Assembly: GCF_009914755.1 (NCBI RefSeq)
Contig: NC_060928.1
DNA: 64,000 nt
Reading direction: 5' to 3' (one strand)
DNA from: the human T2T-CHM13v2.0 reference genome, Homo sapiens
Each line of letters starts with the position of its first letter. Position 1 is the first letter of the stretch. Under the pieces are notes generated by a model that saw only the letters and a program-made list of their open reading frames with translations, ran no database searches and had not been told where the DNA came from. The translations under genes and the position numbers were made by a program. Below, one piece after another: positions 54,235-64,000 of this stretch.

Positions 54235-54280
54235 TATCTTCAGGCAGAAATGCCATTATCTTCAGGCAGAAATGCCATTA
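54235..54280. repeat. 22-bp perfect tandem duplication
   Basis: tatcttcaggcagaaatgccat twice. Confidence 0.9.
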
Positions 54281-55039
54281 ATACACAAAGCAAATACCAC
54301 TAAAGGCCAATTCCACGTAGTGTGCATAGTTCAGGAAGTCTACAGACCTATCTAAACAATGAATAACTGTGGTTTCCAAAACCTTTAATCTGCATTTCCA
54401 ATTATAATGCAGAGAACAAATTTCACACACCTGCATTTTATAAGCACTACAATGAGACAGCCATCCATAAGTCATCACTCTTGCCTCTTCTTTTGTTTCC
54501 CTGAAAACTTAAAGATTTCCAGAGGGTATGAAGGAAACCCTCACCTTCACCTCCGCATATTGCCATTGGCACCAAACAGTTACAGGGGACAGATGGACTC
54601 TGGAGTGTTGAATCAGAAACTACTAATTGAACCTGAAATTCCTGTACTAGAGATTGATGAGTTCTTCAAATAAGGGGGAAGCAAACTCAACCACAGGGCA
54701 TAACTTCAACAAGCTGTCTATTTTAATATCATAGAATACAAGTAGACATTCAATAAATAGTTCCTATCTTCATTAAACAGTAAAATTCTGAAAAGCTATC
54801 ATCAAGCACAAATTCTTAAAAGGAGTCAAATGTTGATAGAAGACTTTAAAATCTAGATTTTCTAAAGTCCATTTTAGATGTAGCAGGTTATAATGGAAAC
54901 TATTTTTAATATCAATTTTGGGGACTATAAGAATTAATCTTTACATATTTTAGTGTTATTATACAATCTTTTCCCAGAAAGGGACGTAAAATGACCAAAG
55001 AGCATACTCTTTCATGTACAAATGATACATCTTTTATAA

Positions 55040-55180
55040 TCTAAGACTTTTCAAACTCACGTTGTGACATGTTTAGTGGAGTTGTGAAATCAATTTAGTG
55101 CATTGTGACCAGCATTCTTGAGAAAAAAAAACAATTTCATATAGTAAGGTTAAGTACTATTTTATAATACATATGAATTA

Positions 55181-55217
<37 letters not shown>

Positions 55218-55310
55218 CTTTAAAATGTTATATGTGTGTGTATACATGATCACACTTTAAAATTTGTCCTTATAGTGGGGTCTTGGGCAAAAAAATTTTT
55301 TAAATACCAA
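55040..55310. mobile_element. hAT-Charlie-like DNA transposon remnant
   Basis: ttttcaaact...gtgaaatcaatttagtg...gaccagcatt. Family assignment is uncertain. Confidence 0.4.
55186..55212. repeat. (AT)n microsatellite
   Basis: Read directly. Confidence 0.9.
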
Positions 55311-58009
55311 TCAGGGGGGCAGTGGCCTGGAATCAGAACATGTCAATAAACCTGACCTTAAAACAAAGGTAACACATACTTGTTGACTACCACATGCTAA
55401 ACACTGGGCTAAGCATTTCATAGTAATCCTCATGATAATATATGGCAGAAATTTTTGTCATTCACATTTTTGGATTAAAAAAAAAAACTGCCCAGGTTTA
55501 TATAGGTAGATTCATGGTAGGATGGGAATTCAAGCCAAATGTGAAGCACTCAAGGTTATAAGAACACAACACCCTTGCAGTGAGATTCAGTAAAGGATCT
55601 TGGTTAAGGTCAGTAACTGAGGAGCTACTAATACCTTAGTAGCATCCAAGGTCTTAGAAGAGTAAGTACTACTGTTAACATGGATGATATAATTTGTATC
55701 ATAAAACATTGTCCTATTCCAGCACCTTTGACTGCGCACTATGTGTGGATTATGGCAGCTTGTAAGGAAAATAAACCTGAGATAACTTTAAACCGTGTTT
55801 CTTCAGCTTGATCTTTTCATAGCCCTGGCGTTGCTGACACACTGGGAAAGCTGAAGCAGCTTAGCTGCTTACAGCTTACACATTCAACCATCTTTCTCCT
55901 TAAATCAGGACATGCTCTATATTGGAAGAGCATGGTATATATTAGAAAATAGAATGTGTGATTTTAACTAAGGAGTTGTTTTAACTTACAGAAGAATTTA
56001 AAAACAAAAAAGTTTGCCTCTTTCCTAAAGAAGCATTAGAGTAGGGAAATCTGGACAAAATTTTGAAATATTAGCTTTCAAAGTAACACAAACCAAGAAG
56101 TAGCTTAAGATAGGGAAGCATTTAAGAAGAGAAAGAAAAATAAGAATGAAAGAGAAGAAGGAAGAAAAAAGAAGGGAGGGAGGAAGGAAGACAGGAAGAA
56201 AAGGAAACTCTGCTTTTCCTTTACTTTGGTGAGTAATATTTTTTACAAGACCTTTTGCTTTTTATTAATAAGATAAAAATATCTATTTATATACCTTCAT
56301 CTGGAATTCTATTAAAGGGTATCATTCTAGTAGAACACTCACTCCTTCAAACTCAAAGAAGCCTGCAACTACATAGAAAAATAGCTTGAAAACTAGTGAA
56401 GCTAATTATAGAAAAAAATCATGGAAGAGAACAAAAATATATTAAATATCAACATTTTGTCAAGCATATTACTAGCTACTTGGATATATATATACCAAGA
56501 CACGTTACCAATCACCTCTCTATTGACCGCATGCATTTAATTTACGATTTTCCAATGACATATCATGCAGTATCAAGATGGAAACAGAACAAAGGACAAA
56601 GGACAGCAGCTATTGCCATCGCTGACCTGGTTTAACCACTTCTCCTATGCATGTGAAGCATACTGACTGTTGACACTGACAACTCACTGAACACTACTGC
56701 TTACTGGCATCCTTTCTGTTTCCAGCAGTTAAATCTTACACTTACCAAGAGACACTTGTATTTGTTCCCAAAAGTATTTATATCACTAGCACCTGTTGTT
56801 TTAATTACTAAGTTATTCAAATATTATGTAACCCAATTAAATATGAGTTATTGCTTCTTTGAAAATTTAGACGAATGCCTTGGAAGGACTCCATATAAAA
56901 TGAGTTACTATAAAAAACTGCTGTTAAGTCAGGTATGAGAGAGATAACTGTGAAATACAGGAAGGAAAGCCTCATAAAATCATGGAGGATTTCTGAGCTT
57001 AGATTGCATTAAAAGGTATCTTTAAGTTTTCAATTTAACTCAAAGAAAACCAAACTGAAAGTCATAATTGAGGCATTGTGGCTATAATTTTTGGAAGAAA
57101 TACAACACAACTCCAGTTGGCAAATCCCTGTTTAAAAAAAAAGTACAGGCCCTAAATGATGAGTGGTAAAATTAAAATTAAATGTTTACCAATATGTACA
57201 TAATTTTTATGATTCTCCACCTGAACTACTCAAGTTAACTAATGGTCCAGCTACAAACCCCAAATATGTTCATGAGCAGACTTCCAATGAATTCTAAAAT
57301 TAAGAAATACTTTGAAAATATCATGTGTTAATGTGGACTGCTTTGAAAACAGTTTAACTTTTACATATTGTATAGTTAAATTTAATATGTAAAACTACCA
57401 TATAAGATACCTGTTGGAACCAAATTACATAAATTTTGCATGGGAGAGATTTAGCTGCACTACAGTCATCAATCTTTTCTAGAAAAATGAAGGGCTTTTA
57501 AAGCAATCAGTTCTGAATCTTGACATCAGTTTAAAGCTGTAGATTATATCTTGAGCTCTTAGTATCCTAAAACTTCATTAATCTCTGTCGTGGAGGCAGC
57601 AGAGCCTCATTCATGGATTTATTTATAGTGACTATTTATGTTTCACACGTTTACTCTGAATCCCACATCAAGAGGAGTGATTTGTGGTATTATTTTTGAC
57701 TTTGTAATCTTTAATCTATGATAGATGTTGTGCTCCAAGCTGCAATGATGGTTCTGCACCACACTGCAGAGTTTTAGATAAAGATTATAAAATCACCTAC
57801 TTCAGAAAAAAAGTTTTCCTCCTTACCCAAGTTAATATTCTAAAGCCATTTAGTGATACAAAATTATACCCTCCTTCTTGATACTCTTGATTGAGCCATT
57901 TTTAAAACTATGCACTAATCAAACATTTTTTAACTTATAAATGATATCTTTTTATATAATATTTTTATTTAGTACCCCCATAGTGTTTTATATTTTTATT
58001 TATTCATAA

Positions 58010-58134
58010 TTTCCTATTGAGTTTGGTGAATTGTACCAAGTATCAATGTCTGTTTCCAGGTTGTGGTATACTATTATATATTCATGCAAGATGTTATCCT
58101 TGGGGAAAATTAGGCGGACAGTATACAGGACCAC

Positions 58135-58165
<31 letters not shown>

Positions 58166-58210
58166 ACAAAAGGTGTCAATTTACAATTATCTCAAAATAA
58201 AACTTAAGTA
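58010..58210 (+). mobile_element. Old L1 (L1MC/ME) 3' end fragment
   Basis: gcaagatgtta..cttggggaaa...tatacagga.c.ctttgta...aattatctcaaaataaaa. Confidence 0.65.
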
Positions 58211-58239
58211 AGTTCTTTTCAAGCAATATTGGTTGGGAG

Positions 58240-58455
58240 GCATTGTGCTGTAGTTGAAATTATGGATTTCACTATAATTTTTCCCATTTATTTTCTCTGA
58301 ACCTCAGCCAAGCTGTATTCTCTGAGTGTACTTCCTTTTAGGCAAAATGGTGATGATTTAGCATAGAGTTACTGAAAAGAATAAATGAGATGACTTACAG
58401 CAGGAACCCAATATAATAGTAAGTATTCGAGAAATGATGCATACTATCATTATTA
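58240..58455 (+). mobile_element. MIR fragment
   Basis: aaaatggtgat...catagagtt..tgaaaagaataaatgagat. Confidence 0.5.
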
Positions 58456-58605
58456 CTATGGATAGGCTGTTGGTTTTTTAAATCAACTTAATATAAACTT
58501 ATAGAAAATTACATATAACTCTAAGTCAAATGAATGCTTACTTTAAGCAAAGTCACAATTTGCTACAACCTTGCAAGACAAAGAAGAAAGTATTAAAAGA
58601 AAAAT

Positions 58606-58924
<319 letters not shown>

Positions 58925-59157
58925 TTAAATTTAACAGAGCTTAATTGAGCAAAAAAATACTTGTGAATTAAGGAGCACACTCACCCCTCGCCCACACCCC
59001 ACTTCAACCAGAATAGGTTCAGAGCAACTCCAGCACTGTCAGGTGATCTGACAGAATTTAAAGACAGAAAAAGGAAAGTGATACGCAAAAAACAGAAGTG
59101 AGGTACAGAAACAGCTGGATTGGTCACAGCTCTGCATTTGAACATGGTTTAAAGTTC

Positions 59158-59397
59158 CAGGGATGTCAAATCTTTTGGCTTCCCTGTCCCACACTGGAAG
59201 AAGAAGAACTTTCTTGGGCCACACATTAAATACAATAAACACCAACGATAGCTGATGAGCTACAATAATGAAATAAAGTAAAATCACAAAAATAAAATCT
59301 CATAATGTTTTAAGGAAGTTTCCAAGTTTGTGTTAGACGGCATTGAAAGCCGTCCTGGGCCACATGGGGCCCGCGAGCCATGGGTTGGACAAGCTTG
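59158..59397 (+). mobile_element. MER30 hAT-Charlie element
   Basis: cagggatgtcaaatcttttggcttccctg...aacgatagctgatgagct...gggttggacaagcttg. Confidence 0.88.
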
Positions 59398-59556
59398 GAG
59401 TTGGTCACCTGCGAGCGGTTGAAGTACGGCTGCTGTGATTGGCTGAGACTGGGCTACTCCTTACAAGAGTAGATTACAGTCTGTTTACACATCTAGTTAG
59501 GTTACAGTTCATTATGTAAGAAGAAACCTTTAGACCGACATTAAAATACTTGAGGA

Positions 59557-59884
<328 letters not shown>

Positions 59885-62388
59885 AACCTTAAAGAGGCAG
59901 CTTTAGGCTAAACCTCATTTAAGAGAAGTAAAAATCAGATGCAAAGGGCATCACAACAGCAAGGTCTAAGATCACACCAAAAGCCTCTATGACCTTTCAG
60001 AGAGTTAAAATCTGCAAATTGCTCAGTGACATGAAATTATGCCATTGCTCTTAATGCCAAATAAAGACTGTAGCAAGGTAGAGGAAACAGTGAATGGCAA
60101 GTGAACCTCTTTTACGTAATTGGGAATCCTATTAGAATTCCCCTGACTTTAACACAAAACAAAACACTGTAGGCCTGGGTAGAAGTGAGAGTTCTTCATA
60201 TTACTTTTATCAGTAATAGGATTAGGATACCACAAAACATCACTCATCATATTCCAAAAAGAAAGGAAAATATTGGTGTCAGAAAGCTTGAGATGGCTTC
60301 TCAAGAATCTCATCCAAAGGATGTGTCATATATTTTAATACCTCCTCACTCAGGTATTGAAAGTCAAGTTTTGGCATGCAGTGTTTCTCTGTCTCTCTAA
60401 CAATTCAGTGCTTGCATATTTCTTTCTCTAAAAAAACTAATTACACTTAATGCTATTTCATTAACTTGTACCCAGCAGAAAAGTGCCCTTTTAAAATTCA
60501 ACTCTATCAGAATGTTATTCCACTGGAAAAAAAGGCACTTCCTCTTTAGCAATGCTACACAAATTTAAAAACCCAATTTCAGAGGAGGTATTGGAAGCTG
60601 CCTGGGCTGATTTGGAGCCTCCTACGTTTATGTCCAATGCCTACCTCAGATTTTATGTTAGAGTCTTAGATAATTGCTACCTCAATGTCTTTCCTATTAT
60701 TTTCCCATAAAACAAAATTTTTAGTATAAACTTTAGCTTTCTTAAGCAATCTGCCTTGGAAGAACCTAAGATAATTCATGTACTCCTTTAAAGCAAGAGA
60801 TGACAGCCTTGATCTCTTGCCTGAATAATTACTTGTGGTGAAGAAGCACAAGGAAAGGCATCAGCCAGGTATTTCCATAATGGCTTTTATTCACACTTAC
60901 ACAAAACCTGACTTAACTAGAGTGGTAACATCTATGCAGACACAGGACCTTTGCCCTGGGGCCAAGACACAAAGACATCTTGGAAATTCCCCCCTCAGTT
61001 TTCTGAGGCCTTTGGTGGCCTACATGTGGTCACATTGCAAAAAGCCGAAAAAAAAATTGTATTAGTCCTTAGATTTGTGTTTTCTCCTCCAAACTTACTG
61101 TAGGAGTGCCTATATTTCAAATACTGTGCACAGATTGCATAATTTCAAACTAAAAATGCTCTGAGTCTTTTGCATACCAGAGTGACACATTCTGAGGTGT
61201 TTAATAGAAGACAGCCTATTCACTAGAAATACTTGCTTTCCAATTTTATTCTCCTATTTCTTAGCTAAATTTTAGCCTTACAAGGTTCTATAAGAATACA
61301 GTTCTGAAAAATTTGGCACTGACAAGATTGCTAAGATACATCATGGAACTGGGTAATTTTGCTAATATTGATGAAATATGACTGATAAGAAAAATATTGA
61401 CTGCATTCATATTTTTACTTTTTCTTAGACTCCAGGTGACATTTTTTTAAAAAAGCTTCTTGTTTGGATTTGAATTTTATAGATTACCGTGTGGAGACAC
61501 TACAGTTTAACCCTCAATATTTATCACCATTGTCACTACTAAAAAAAATTGGTAAATTCTAATTAGTTCACCATTTTTTCAAAGTTACCAAAGTATCCAT
61601 GACATCATAATCAACAGGAATAGCATACAGGTGTTTTAATAGGAAAACAAAAATGGTCAGAAGAGATCTTAAATTTTTGTTTCTTTCTCAATGATCTTTC
61701 TCCTATTTTCCAAACCAGTCAAGAGGCAGTCTGATTTTAAAGAGAACTCTCTTCACTCTATATATGTTGAGTTTTAATCTACAAAATGGTAGTAATATTT
61801 CAATATGGGGATTAAATAATATATTTTTTAAAACCACCATAAGGCACACTTATTTTAATCTATGTTCATTCTCTTTTGCCTGACTCAAGTATTTTCAAAT
61901 TGATACAATTAAGCATTTTCTTTCCAAAAGCTTAAAATATATGAGCCTTTCAAAATTAACATCTTTAGAAATATATAACACTAATCATACTTATCTTTTA
62001 GCTTTGTTCTAAGATTATCAGAGGACATAAAAATGGAAAGTTATATACAAAATCAGATTCATGTGATTTCAAAGTAATATTAAGTAAATAAAAATACAAT
62101 TATATCATCTGAATTAGAGAGATATGTAAAATTTTAAAAGCTCTAGTTTTAATGTTCAAAGCATTTAAATATATTAACAGCATTACTAAAATAGGCAAAT
62201 TGTTGATTATTTATGAGAATACTGATGAGAGTAGCATTTTCTCAAATGTGTGGATCATATGGTAAGTCATTTGGTGACACTTGCCACGTTATTATGAATG
62301 AAGCAGGGTTGGCATCCTAGTGGATACAACTAGACATTACATTAATGTTATAACAGAGTTCAAGACATGCTAAATAGCTCATCAATAT

Positions 62389-63097
62389 TGAAACTGTCTA
62401 CAAAAATTGTAACTGTGAGAAGATTATGACAGTGAAAGGGCTCTGATTTAATCAACCCTCATCTTGCCTTTAACTTCCAAACTGCCCTTAGTCATTCCTA
62501 GACAAAGCTAACTTTGGGAGAAATTTAGTTTACAGCTTAAGTTTTAATACACCTTTCCCCAAACTCAACTGTCACTGTAAAATGAATGAAACACTATGAG
62601 GTTAGGAGGATGAGAGAAGCCTGAACTTTGTTAAGGTGTAGAAGTAAAGGATTATGAGCCATTATTCCCAAGGTCAAAATATTTGCAACTTCCCCAGTTA
62701 CTCTTGCAGATAGCATCACTATTGTAGAACTTAAGATTGGTCTTTTGGATGTCCTTCCAGACGTTTGCATTTCTGATGACCAATAGCTCCACTCAGACTC
62801 TTAACAGGTCCTGTGGCCCCCACCCAGAAGCAGAGTCAGGGTAAAAGGACCGATTTCCATGCCCCTATGACTGCATCCATAGCCAGTCAGCAGCACCCAT
62901 TCCCTTGCCTGCCAAACTATCCTTGAAAAACCCTAGCCTCTGAATTTTGGGGAGGCTGATTTGAGTAATAATAAAGCTCCAGCCTCCTGTTTAGCTGGCT
63001 CTATGTGCATTAAACTCTATCTCCATTGCAATTCCCCTGTCTTGATAAATCAGCTGTATCTGGGCACTTGACAAAAAGAGCCCCCTGGAGGGTGACA
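62389..63097 (+). mobile_element. LTR8-family ERV1 solo LTR
   Basis: TG...CA ends; tgaaactg...attatgacagtgaaag...ctaactttgggag.aatttagttta...ttgagtaataataaa...cttgataaatc.gct.tatctgggca. Confidence 0.8.
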
Positions 63098-63444
63098 GTA
63101 CCAACCTCTACATATGCCTTTCTTGCATATAAAAAGTAAACACAATATTAGGATAATCATGCAAAGCGTCTCCTACTAGGGGTTATTTTATCTGGCATGG
63201 GAGGGAAATGGAGAGTTCTTCCTTGGAAGCCATTTATAGAGCATGGCACTTGGCACATACTATGTCCTTAATATACTTCTGCAGTGTTTTGAATATTTTA
63301 TTAATCAAATATAAAGTCAATCTTTAATATGCACATCAATATATGAATTCCACTAATAAAGAAAGAATGCAAAAATGGTAATTGTGGCTCTGTTCTCTCC
63401 TGAAATTATTAATTCTAAAGGTGTCTGTAAAATGCATAATCACT

Positions 63445-63903
63445 TGTGAAAGGAAAATAAAAACTCAGAACCCCAATTCATTATGCTAAAAGCAAAAAAT
63501 TAAGCTGAAACCTCAGTCATACAAGACACTGCTTTTCCTTTTGTTCCTAAGTAGACAGCGACAGATAAAAGGTTAAATATCTTCACAGGTAGCTAGCTAC
63601 TCTATGTTCACCTTATGTTACACAAAAAGCCAAATTAGTGAGCCCGAGACAAATACATAATTGTCTATTTTCCTACCTGCCCCTTTTTTCTTGCAACATG
63701 TGGTTACTATATACTCCCTCTTTCCCCTCTAGCCCACCTTTCCCCTTTAAATACTGAAGCCCTCAAATTCATCGTTGGAGAAAGGCATGGGCCACAGACT
63801 GTTTTGATGATTCTGTGTTGTTTTCTTCTGGGTATATCGTTAACTTTGGCAACATAAACTTCTAAATTGATTGAGATCAGTCTCACATACTTTTTGGCTT
63901 ACA
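63445..63903 (+). mobile_element. MER4-family ERV1 solo LTR
   Basis: tgtgaaaggaaaataaaaactc...aaattgattgaga...tactttttggcttaca, with near-matching 4-bp flanks cact/ccct. Confidence 0.85.
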
Positions 63904-64000
63904 CCCTTAAGGCCAAAGAAAGTCAGAAAGGAGTCAACAGCAATAAAATTCTGAAAACTAAAAAGGAGTTGGATGTGTCGTCATTGGATTGGTGGGCTTT

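Overview
AT-rich primate (very likely human) genomic DNA containing the 3' half of PDGFC (platelet-derived growth factor C) on the minus strand. Three coding exons are present (34337-34544, 29424-29641, 24741-24857) with canonical GT-AG boundaries and consistent phases. They encode the hinge, the RKSR activation site and the cystine-knot growth-factor domain. They are followed by a 3' UTR with three candidate AATAAA signals. Positions 34545-64000 are part of the long upstream intron, and 1-22100 is downstream flank. The rest is mostly transposon debris: 9 Alus, L1, L2, MIR, MaLR and ERV1 LTRs, Tigger2 and hAT MITEs. Repeat subfamily names were recognised by eye and are approximate. No prokaryotic-type system, CRISPR array or new protein-coding gene is supported. 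The most unusual structures are (1) a 22-unit, 47-bp minisatellite with a 5-unit higher-order period, about 165 bp past the distal poly(A) signal, and (2) an intronic AG|GT site with a 120-nt stop-containing candidate exon that resembles a recursive-splicing or poison exon. Functional claims for both are hypotheses.
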